From: Balanoglossus misakiensis
Taxonomy: Eukaryota; Animalia; Hemichordata
Assembly: GCA_040954595.2 (NCBI GenBank)
Contig: CM082590.2
Coordinates: 62,001 to 126,000, forward strand
Reading direction: 5' to 3'
Length of the DNA stretch: 64,000 bases
In this document: positions 13,428-23,394 of the stretch, one piece after another
How positions within the stretch are numbered: position 1 is the first letter of the stretch
Layout of the letters: the number at the start of each line of letters is the position of its first letter
Made by a program: the position numbers and the translations under genes
The notes under the pieces: model-generated
Databases searched by the model: none
The model's input: only the letters and a program-made list of their open reading frames with translations
What the model was told of the DNA's origin: nothing

Positions 13428-16400
13428 TCACTGATCATCACTTTGATCTTAGAATGACCATTGTGACTGTCGGACATACTTATTTGCTTACCTGAGTAAC
13501 AATGTCGGATGAGATGTTGCTATCTTTCGGAGCGCAATGTTGGCATCATTCATTTTGTTTTCGCAATTTCGTCCAGCTTTTGTTGCGGCCAACGTCAACA
13601 ATAAACTGTGGGTCAACACATCGAACTGAAACAAATATCAACCAAGACACTTAAAGGGTATTCTGTAAATATGTGTGTCTTTTCAAAATGTGCATACCAT
13701 CTGTTATAATTTGGACTACCTATCACTTTTGACAGTTGTGACAAGAAAAAGGCACGTCTACGCTAAACGGTACAGTGAAACCTGTCATTATGGACACCTC
13801 TCTATTAAAGGTATACAGTCACCTCCAATTTATACGCCCATATATGGCTGAAATGGCGTATTTGGGCATTATAAAGAACATATGTTGGTGCCCTTTTTTC
13901 GCGTGTGCCACCCACTGAAAATCAGTGTTTGGCTAGATCTCAAGTTTACCATGGTAACTGTAGTTAAATTTCCACAGGTGACAATATACCTTAACATATC
14001 CCGGTAATTGTGAAGTGAGTTCTTACCCTCATGAGGTGGAAATAAGATGTCGTTGTTGTGTGTAGCAGTTCTGTATCCTGCTGGAAGACGTACGGTTGAA
14101 GCAACTCCAATAAGCCGAGAATGCGCGAGAAGAAGAGAAGATGGTGGCGAGATCGGAACTCGGGAAACGTCAAATGAACGCGTCCTTTCAAGGCGGCTGA
14201 AATCATGGCCATTTGTCTGAAATTTGAAAATGAGAAAAATTGGACATCAAATCAGGTCCAATAATCAATATCATTCAAGGTAAGCTAATTACTAGGTCCA
14301 AAAAATATGAGAAAGAACGATAATGTCAACAGGATCATCTTTAACCACTGCTAAGTGGTGGTACCAGGTGTCTTGAATGGGTAAGGCATATCAGACCAGC
14401 ATGCTACACCAGTCAAGACTGACCACAAGTGACATGTTACAGTGAAATTTGGCTAACTATCGAACTACTGTTGCAAGTCAAATCCAGGAATGATGTCACT
14501 CATCATTTGAGTGACAGACGTGTCACATTTGGAAACAACTTCACTTAAATTAGGATAAGAATTAACCTTTTGTGAATTCTTGCATAGAAGTGCAGCTTGC
14601 AATACTTTGCTGTGATTGGTTGCCAAGTGGGCTCAATAATGATGGCTGTGCTGTTTTTTTTTTATAAGGAGACTTTAACTGACACTTTAAGATACAACAT
14701 GATCTTCACTGATCATCACTTTGATCTTAGAATGACCATTGTGACTGTCGGACATACTTATTTGCTTACCTGAGTAACAATGTCGGATGAGATGTTGCTA
14801 TCTTACGGAGCGCAATGTTGGCATCATTCATTTTGTTTTCGCAATTTCGTCCAGCTTTTGTTGCGGCCAACGTCAACAATAAACTGTGGGTCAACACATC
14901 GAACTGAAACAAATATCAACCAAGACACTTAAAGGGTATTCTGTAAATATGTGTGTCTTTTCAAAATGTGCATACCATCTGTTATAATTTGGACTACCTA
15001 TCACTTTTGACAGTTGTGACAAGAAAAAGGCACGTCTACGCTAAACGGTACAGTGAAACCTGTCATTATGGACACCTCTCTATTAAAGGTATACAGTCAC
15101 CTCGAATTTATACGCCCATATATGGCTGAAATGGCGTATTTGGGCATTATAAAGAACATATGTTGGCGCCCTTTTTTCGCGTGTGCCACCCACTGAAAAT
15201 CAGTGATTGGCTAGATCTCAAGTTTACCATGGTAACTGTAGTTAAATTTCCATAGGTGACAATATACCTTAACATATCCCGGTAATTGTGTAGTGAGTTC
15301 TTACCCTGGTGAGGTGGAAATAACATGTCATTGTTGTGTGTAGCAGTTCTGTATCCTGCTGGAAGACGTACGGTTGAAGCAACTCCAATAAGCCGAGAAT
15401 GTGCGAGAAGAAGAGAAGATGGTGGCGAGATCGGAACTCGGGAAACGTCAGATGAACGCGTCCTTTCAAGGCGGCTGAAATCATGGCCATTTGTCTGAAA
15501 TTTGAAAATGAGATAAATTGGACATCAAATCAGGTCCAATAATCAATATCATTCAAGGTAAGCTAATTACTAGGTCCAAAAAATATGAGAAAGAACGATA
15601 ATGTCAACAGGATCATCTTGAACCACTGCTAAGTGGTGGTACCAGGTGTCTGGAATGGGTTAGGCATACCAGGCCAGCATGCTACACCAGTCAAGACTGA
15701 CCACAAGTGACATGTTACAGTGAAATTTGGCTAACTATCGAACTACTGTTGCAAGTCAAATCCAGGAATGATGTCACTCATCATTTGAGTGACAGACGTG
15801 TCACATTTTCACTGATCATCACTTTGATCTTAGAATGACCATTGTGACTGTCGGACATACTTATTTGCTTACCTGAGTAACAATGTCGGATGAGATGTTG
15901 CTATCTTTCGGAGCGCAATGTTTGCATCATTCATTTTGTTTTCACAATTTCGTCCAGCTTTTGTTGCGGCCAACGTCAACAATAAACTGTGGGTCAACAC
16001 ATCGAACTGAAACAAATATCAACCAAGACACTTAAAGGGTATTCTGTAAATATGTGTGTCTTTTCAAAATGTGCATACCATCTGTTATAATTTGGACTAC
16101 CTATCACTTTTGACAGTTGTGACAAGAAAAAGGCACATCTACGCTAAACAGTACAGTGAAACCTGTCATTATGGACACCTCTCTATTAAAGGTATACAGT
16201 CACCTCCAATTTATACGCCCATATATGGCTGAAATGGCGTATTTGGGCATTATAAAGAACATATGTTGGTGCCCTTTTTTCGCGTGTGCCACCCACTGAA
16301 AATCAGTGATTGGCTAGATCTCAAGTTTACCATGGTAACTGTAGTTAAATTTCCATAGGTGACAATATACCTTAACATATCCCGGTAATTGTGTAGTGAG

Positions 16401-17510
16401 TTCTTACCCTGATCAGGTGGAAATAAGATGTCATTGTTGTGTGTAGCAGTTCTGTATCCTGCTGGAAGACGTACGGTTGAAGCAACTCCAATAAGCCGAG
16501 AATGTGCGAGAAGAAGAGAAGATGGTGGCGAGATCGGAACTCGGGAAACGTCAGATGAACGCGTCTTTTCAAGGCGGCTGAAATCATGGCCATTTGTCTG
16601 AAATTTGAAAATGAGAAAAATTGGACATCAAATCAGGTCCAATAATCAATATCATTCAAATTAAGCTAATTACCAGGTCCAAAAAATATGAGAAAGAACG
16701 ATAATGTCAACAGGATCATCTTTAACCACTGCTAAGTGGTGGTACCAGGTGTCTTGAATGGGTAAGGCATATCAGGCCAGCATGCTACACTAGTCAAGAC
16801 TGACCACAAGTGACATGTTACAGTGAAATTTGGCTAACTATCGAACTACTGTTGCAAGTCAAATCCAGGAATGATGTCACTCATCATTTGAGTGACAGAC
16901 GTGTCACATTTTCACTGATCATCACTTTGATCTTAGAATGACCATTGTGACTGTCGGACATACTTATTTGCTTACCTGAGTAACAATGTCGGATGAGATG
17001 TTGCTATCTTTCGGAGCGCAATGTTGGCATCATTCATTTTGTTTTCACAATTTCGTCCAGCTTTTGTTGCGGCCAACGTCAACAATAAACTGTGGGTCAA
17101 CACATCGAACTGAAACAAATATCAACCAAGACACTTAAAGGGTATTCTGTAAATATGTGTGTCTTTTCAAAATGTGCATACCATCTGTTATAATTTGGAC
17201 TACCTATCACTTTTGACAGTTGTGACAAGAAAAAGGCACATCTACGCTAAACAGTACAGTGAAACCTGTCATTATGGACACCTCTCTATTAAAGGTATAC
17301 AGTCACCTCCAATTTATACGCCCATATATGGCTGAAATGGCGTATTTGGGCATTATAAAGAACATATGTTGGTGCCCTCTTTTCGCGTGTGCCACCCACT
17401 GAAAATCAGTGATTGGCTAGATCTCAAGTTTACCATGGTAACTGTAGTTAAATTTCCATAGGTGACAATATACCTTAACATATCCCGGTAATTGTGTAGT
17501 GAGTTCTTAC

Positions 17511-17700
17511 CCTGATCAGGTGGAAATAAGATGTCATTGTTGTGTGTAGCAGTTCTGTATCCTGCTGGAAGACGTACGGTTGAAGCAACTCCAATAAGCC
17601 GAGAATGTGCGAGAAGAAGAGAAGATGGTGGCGAGATCGGAACTCGGGAAACGTCAGATGAACGCGTCTTTTCAAGGCGGCTGAAATCATGGCCATTTGT
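17511..17700 (-). CDS. INTS1: INTS1 exon Y, first copy in transcription order
   Basis: ORF 17475-17696 trimmed to the AG/GT boundaries; open frame. Confidence 0.85.
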
Positions 17701-18078
17701 CTGAAATTTGAAAATGAGAAAAATTGGACATCAAATCAGGTCCAATAATCAATATCATTCAAATTAAGCTAATTACCAGGTCCAAAAAATATGAGAAAGA
17801 ACGATAATGTCAACAGGATCATCTTTAACCACTGCTAAGTGGTGGTACCAGGTGTCTTGAATGGGTAAGGCATATCAGGCCAGCATGCTACACTAGTCAA
17901 GACTGACCACAAGTGACATGTTACAGTGAAATTTGGCTAACTATCGAACTACTGTTGCAAGTCAAATCCAGGAATGATGTCACTCATCATTTGAGTGACA
18001 GACGTGTCACATTTTCACTGATCATCACTTTGATCTTAGAATGACCATTGTGACTGTCGGACATACTTATTTGCTTAC

Positions 18079-18212
18079 CTGAGTAACAATGTCGGATGAG
18101 ATGTTGCTAACTTTCGGAGTGCAATGTTGGCATCATTCATTTTGTTTTCACAATTACGTCCAGCTTTTGTTGCAGCCAACGTCAACAATAAACTGTGGGT
18201 CAACACATTGAA
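18079..18212 (-). CDS. INTS1: INTS1 exon X in its native context (follows exon W)
   Basis: FNVLTHSLLLTLAATKAGRNCENKMNDANIALRKLATSHPTLLL(R), with canonical splice sites. This is the most diverged X copy. Confidence 0.85.
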
Positions 18213-18569
18213 CTGAAACAAATATCAACCAAGACACTTAAAGGGTGACAATCGTCTTACCCGCATGTGTCAAACAAGAGGCTCTGGTTACAAAAACTGC
18301 ACACAGTCAACACAATAAGGCAGTGTGCTGTCCTAACAACAGACAAGGTGGTGGCAACCATAGTCTGTGTTGGAGTTAGGAAAAGACAGAAAATTGGGTG
18401 AAAAGAAGGGACAAAATTAGGTAAAGTCTACTTACACGGTGTGCATGAAATATGGAAGGAAGCAAAGGCAGTCTGTATTTACTGCTACGCACATTTATGA
18501 AATTGGTGCTGCCCTCTCTGCAATGCCCACGTCTAACCCGTGTGTAAAAAAAAAGAAAAAATCTCTCAC

Positions 18570-18699
18570 CTGTGTGACACTCTGACTGACACTGTTTGCA
18601 TTCTTGACCAGCAAGTCACTTTTTCTGACACTCTGAATTAAATCGGGTTGTTGCAGATACATCTCTGACAGTAAACGCAACGGAGTATTGCTCATAGCA
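18570..18699 (-). CDS. INTS1: INTS1 exon W (130 nt, phase 2 in / 0 out), single copy
   Basis: tttatttcag|T GCT ATG ... ACA CAG|gtgaga, giving AMSNTPLRLLSEMYLQQPDLIQSVRKSDLLVKNANSVSQSVTQ. Similar to recalled INTS1 LLQLYLQRPEL and splices in frame to exon X. Confidence 0.8.
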
Positions 18700-18752
18700 C
18701 TGAAATAAACAAATATATTAAGTTAGGCCAAAAAAAAAGAGTTTTGTTTTGC

Positions 18753-18838
18753 GTAGATGTTGTAAAGCTACATTGACGACACTCTGGGCACTACTATCCA
18801 GACAATCAATGATGGCTGGCAGGAGTTCCTTGGCAGTG
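18753..18838 (-). pseudogene. INTS1: Truncated near-terminal INTS1 exon
   Basis: tttgtcaacag|C ACT GCC..., giving TAKELLPAIIDCLDSSAQSVVNVALQHL, similar to recalled INTS1 AAAFLPTFMYCLGSQDFEVVQTALRNL. Similarity breaks at ~18753 with no donor site. Confidence 0.75.
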
Positions 18839-19191
18839 CTGTTGACAAACAGTGGAAAGTCTAATAAGTGGAGTACCAATAATCGATATGCCTTTTTCAT
18901 TTGCCCTTCCAAGACGATGCGAAAATGAGGCCAGAAAGTCATTGAGTAAAAATTCTATCGTATTGTGTTTGTCGTTATTGTTGGGACCAATGTTCGACAG
19001 CCACATGATTCAATTGAATTTCACTTACAATATTCCTAGTTTCTAAGGAAAACTTTGGTTAGTGGTTTTGTTGAATTCAGAACTCTCAAATGACACTTAT
19101 GCAGGTCTTCAAGCAATGCCCGAGTCACTCAAGCTTTGGAACTGAACCAAGTCTTGGCTGTGAAAGTGACAAAACTTCAGAGTAAACTTAC

Positions 19192-19262
19192 CGTGAAATA
19201 ATGCAAGATATCCACTTTCCGTTTGGAAATGTCGTCCAATTCTTGAAGCCCTTCAAGTATCT
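19192..19262 (-). pseudogene. INTS1: INTS1 71-nt exon of the decayed 3' duplicate
   Basis: ttttacag|AG ATA CTT ... TTC ACG|gtaagt, giving ILEGLQELDDISKRKVDILHYFT, similar to recalled LLEVLSDIDEMSRRRPEILSFFS. Confidence 0.8.
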
Positions 19263-19743
19263 CTGTAAAAAAACAGACAACAACAACCTCTCAAATCTGC
19301 ACCGACTTTGATGTAGTTTCTGTCAAATTTAATCTGGTTTGCAGGCTCAGGATTCTGCCCAGATAAGAGTACAGATTGCTTATTAAAATTCATACTCATT
19401 AATATTTATGTCTGTTGCAAGTCATACCCATTCGTCGATGATCAAAATGAGACAATAGACTGGGTTGAGTACGTAATAGTGCTTGTCGGCAGCCTTTACA
19501 AACTTTTTCACTTGAGTGCCCATGGCATATCCAGCAATGAGGTTGAATCTCCATAGAATTATCAGATGACATGTAGGGCGCCCTGTGGTAGACTTATGTT
19601 TGACATGTATTCTGGCTATTCAGCTTGACTCAAACACAGGATTCTAGCACATTTGGACATAAATTTTGTGAACGCTTACTTTTTGCAATAGTGACAAGTG
19701 CATTAAATACATGTTCTGCAAAAATAAGGAATGAAAAATTCAC

Positions 19744-19960
19744 CTTCAAGACTACTGTCGGAACCCAGTTTCATTTTGAGTGGTGTGACGTCCTACTTTG
19801 ACCAGTGGGCCGAGGTCGATGAGGAGGCCATACCATTGAATGCACCCATGCTTGACCCCCTTGAGACCTGGGTTGCCATAGTGACATTGGCCTGGGAATC
19901 CTTGGCACTTCTGCTGGGCAGTGCGACGCTGGCAGGTCAGGGTAGTAGTTACACAGATCA
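19744..19960 (-). pseudogene. INTS1: INTS1 exon with a frameshifting deletion and a premature stop
   Basis: DLCNYYPDL/(frameshift)/ASVALPSR...HWSK*DVTPLKMKLGSDSSLE|gtgaat, with TAG at 19793-19795. Similar to recalled INTS1 DLSFDNSDL..LAGLSLPSR..MAPYMKRLSRGQTVE. Confidence 0.72.
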
Positions 19961-20342
19961 CTATGTAAACATGGAGTAAGCGGTAATCAGTATACGAAAA
20001 GGAAGAATTGTTCCACATTACATGTATTTCAATTATTACTAAAGCTCCAATACATGTAGCTGCCTTTTTCAACAGTATGGTACAACATGGTGGTCCATTT
20101 AAATGAGTTTACGGATAGGCATACACGATGCATATACATTAACACACATACATTGTACTCATATGCATACTGTGCGGTACCAAGGTAAATGTTACCGTGG
20201 TTACTCAGTCATTTTACCGGGGTTCCCCTTGGTATATCAATGCAGTCATAGTTTAAGCAAAAGCGTTAATAGTTAAAATGTTTGTGATGGCCGTGAAAAG
20301 GCTACAGGACTATAGCCCGGTAATTGTGTAGTGAGTTCTTAC

Positions 20343-20532
20343 CCTGATGAGGTGGAAATAAGATGTCATTGTTGTGTGTAGCAGTTCTGTATCCTGCTGG
20401 AAGACGTACGGTTGAAGCAACTCCAATAAGCCGAGAATGTGCGAGAAGAAGAGAAGGTGGTGGCGAGATCAGAACTCGGGAAATGTCAAATGAACGCGTC
20501 CTTTCAAAGCGGCTGAAATCATGGCCATTTGT
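20343..20532 (-). pseudogene. INTS1: Orphan INTS1 exon Y copy with an in-frame TGA (inside orphan monomer 20316-20910)
   Basis: Same 190-nt exon and splice sites as the array copies, but CGA>TGA at 20469-20471. Confidence 0.85.
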
Positions 20533-21123
20533 CTGAAATTTGAAAATGAGATAAATAGGGCATCAAATCAGGTCCAATAATCAATATCATTCAAGGTAAG
20601 CTAATTACCATGTCCAAAAATATGAGAAAGAATGATAATGTCAACAGGATCATCTTGAACCACTTTTAAGTGGTGGTACCAGGTGTCTGGAATGGGTAAG
20701 GCATACCAGGCCAGCATGCTACACCAGTCAAGACTGACCACAAGTGACATGTTACAGTGAAATTTGGCTAACTATCGAACTACTGTTGCAAGTCAAATTC
20801 AGGAATGATAACCTTTTGTGAATTCTTGCATAGATGCCCAGCTTGCAATACTTTGGTGTGATTGGTTGCCAAGTGGGCTCAATAATGTTGGCTGTGCTGG
20901 GTTTTTTTTTAATGTCAATTTCTAATCTTCAATACATTTTGAATTTGACCGGATACTTCTATTTTGAATGTTTAAAGTGCAAAAACACGGTAACTAGAAG
21001 GAAACTGTTGTAGAAATCCCATCAGAAAATTTTGATCTGGCTACACAGTTTTAAAAGTTGTAAAAAACGACAAGAAAGTAAGTCTATACTGAAAGTTCAA
21101 CACGGTAGCTGCATAGACAGTGT

Positions 21124-21249
21124 ACATGTCCTTTCATAGTAAATAACCACATAGAGTATTTGGTCTGAGCTCAGCACAAGTTTGTGGACATGTCCTTTCA
21201 TATGTAAATAACCACATAGAGAATTTGGTCTGAGCTCAGCACAAGTTTG
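21124..21249. repeat. Two-copy ~64-bp tandem duplication
   Basis: acatgtcctttcata..gtaaataaccacatagag.atttggtctgagctcagcacaagtttg occurs at 21124 and 21188. Confidence 0.85.
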
Positions 21250-22226
21250 ATTTTGAAATAAAAATTTGGCCCAGCATTTCATCAAAAAGGAACAAGAAAG
21301 TGGTTCTTGGTAAACCAAATTAAAATAGTCTATTTAGTTTAAGTGATTTTGCATGATTGATTTAAAATAATTTTGCTAAATGCCACTATCCTTTCAAATT
21401 GAAATTATTTTATCTCGGCATATTTATGTTTAACATAAAAGTTAATCAAACTGCTTTGGTCAAATTTATCTGGCTGTATTTTTTATTTCAAGTCTTATTT
21501 TTCTTACGTGTTAGCAATAGATATATATTTTAGATAGCAAAATGTAAGCTTCACTGGTAAACATTAAAATTTATCTGGCTGTACAAGACTTTATATAAAG
21601 GTTTGGTTATTAAATTTTAATATTTAACCCAAAAGTTAAGCTTCCAGGGGACATTTGGGCCCACTTATTTACAACCTCAACAGAACACTGGGGATGGAGA
21701 TATCTTAGCCTGACAAGCTGTTTGACATTTCAGCCCTATATCTGGCTGTATTTTCTATTTCAGGTCTTAATTGTCAAGATTAGTTAAAAATATAACCCAA
21801 AATTTAAGCCTCCAGGGGAAATTTGGGCTCACAGAGGTTATTACTGAACATTTAGTAGAATTTCTCAAAATAAAAATCATCATCTGACGGAATGTTTACA
21901 TATCACAGAAATACCCTGAAATATACACTGAGTACACAATGTGCATTTCATTATGGTAATTATGTATGTTACTACTTTCAAAACATTACATCATGTTTAT
22001 TCTTTTTTCCCCACAGAACTGATGGTTTTGTAAACAACCGAGATAATGCTCGAGAAATAAACAGCTATTAAAACGATTCAAACCCTGAACCATGGTGTCG
22101 ACCCACCTACTACTATTACACACCGATTGAAAATTTTCAACGAAGGTCTAACCACTTACAAGTTACATGAACAGCGAAGCGGTCATCTCATTTGTAACCG
22201 CTATTGAAGTTTATATATTTGTTTCA

Positions 22227-22889
22227 CAATGTTATTATTAAACAGGGGTAATTTTATCACTGAAAAAACAGTTTTGTTATACGGTTATTTTGATCCGGAA
22301 AACAGAGATTTGAGCACACGACGGATTTCTACTGCACACTCATTTTGAAAAGGTAGAAGACATTTGGAAATTAGGCTGTACCTTCATGCTGGTACATGTA
22401 TATCGATGAAGTTAAAAGGTGATTATTAAAATGAGCATAATTTATGAGTTGGATGCACACTCAATTTTAAATGGCAGCAGACAAACATTTCATAGGCAAA
22501 AAGGTTTGGAAATTAGGCTGTTTAAGGGGCTCATTAAAATAGCCATAATTTATGCAAAGAAGTTAATTTTTGAATGGTATATGTATATTGTGATAGCATG
22601 TATATATGTGCATTAGACATGTATGTGAAATTGATGCACACTCTACTCAACTAGAAGCACCAGCAGACAGTGGTATATTATGTGTTAAACTGCTATATAT
22701 GTCTATGCAGGTGATTATTAAAATGAGCATAATTTATGCAAAGAAGTTAATTATTTGATGAGACTTGTACAGTCTTTTGTCAATGTTATTATTAAACAGG
22801 GGTAATTTTATCACTGAAAAAACAGTTTTGTTATACGGTTATTTTGATCCGGAAAACAGAGATTTGAGCACACGACGGATTTCTACTGC
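22227..22889. repeat. 445-bp extra segment (22336-22780) flanked by 109-bp direct repeats, in unit 1 only
   Basis: 22227-22335 matches 22781-22889. All other units have one copy of the 109 bp and no insert. Confidence 0.9.
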
Positions 22890-23394
22890 GTTCACTCCAA
22901 CACCGCAGGAGTGTGTTGTTGTCGAAGACGCGGACAAAACAGAAAATTATCGGAGCCAGGCCCCTTCGAACCCTATATTTCACGCTGTCGGAAGGTTGGA
23001 CGGCTACGGCTATCTCAGCTCTGCTCGGCACGCTGTTGTTGGGTGCCCTAAACATATGCCCTACCCCTAGCGCTCGGCATGTAAACAATCACAACATGAC
23101 TGTAAACATCATGCAAAAATACAATCTTACTGTCATTTTCCTGTGGATTCAGTCTCCTCCTTGCACTTGTGTGGAGTTTAGGCAACCTATATTGAAACCA
23201 CGGGCGCTTCTTGACCGGATTCGGTGAAAGTTTGAGGCAATTTCTGGCTGTACGCGTGACAGGCTCACAGTATCAACAAACAGTACACGTGTGGTGACAG
23301 GTCAAAGGTCAACATTAGGGATTCCCCGACCTTTATCGCATCTAGTGCGCCCCTAGTGGTAGGACATAACGATTCTCTTTTTCTCTCGCAGTTA

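Larger units (their letters stand above)
1..18246. repeat. ~1.1 kb tandem array (16 full units + 372 bp partial) built from an INTS1 exon-intron-exon-intron segment; continues off the left edge
   Basis: Unit starts (tcaggccagcatgc) at about 1, 1079, 2183, 3287, 4390, 5468, 6546, 7624, 8728, 9832, 10909, 12010, 13113, 14391, 15669, 16772, 17875. Three length classes: 1077-1078, 1101-1104 and 1278 bp. Homology stops after ...cacttaaagggt at 18246. Confidence 0.98.
205..18699 (-). pseudogene. INTS1: INTS1 (Integrator complex subunit 1) partial gene copy: exon W followed by ~16-17 tandem repeats of exon pair X+Y; functional status unknown
   Basis: Spliced consensus translation ...LRLLSEMYLQQPDL...SVTQ|FDVLTHSLLLTLAA...NDANIALRKIATSHPTLLL|RQMAMISAALKGRVHLTFPEFRSRHHLLFFSHILGLLELLQPYVF is colinear with the vertebrate INTS1 C-terminal region as recalled (LYLQRPEL...KLDGLIH...RKLAVAHPLLLLRHLPMIAALLHGRTHLNFQEFRQQNHLSCFLHVLGLLELLQPHVF). 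Canonical AG/GT sites with compatible phases. Confidence 0.85.

Noticed and set aside
19731-20072. ORFs of 82 aa (+) and 106 aa (-)
   Set aside because: They are alternative frames over the disrupted INTS1 exon 19744-19960.
22765-23227. Overlapping 85-104 aa ORFs conserved in every 4 kb unit
   Set aside because: No recognisable motif; the conservation simply reflects recent amplification.
23342-23359. CTCF-like CCACTAGGGGCGC, with a nearby DR1-like GGTCAAAGGTCA, in each 4 kb unit
   Set aside because: One base short of the CTCF core spacing, and such motifs are common in invertebrate repeats. Unsupported without ChIP data.
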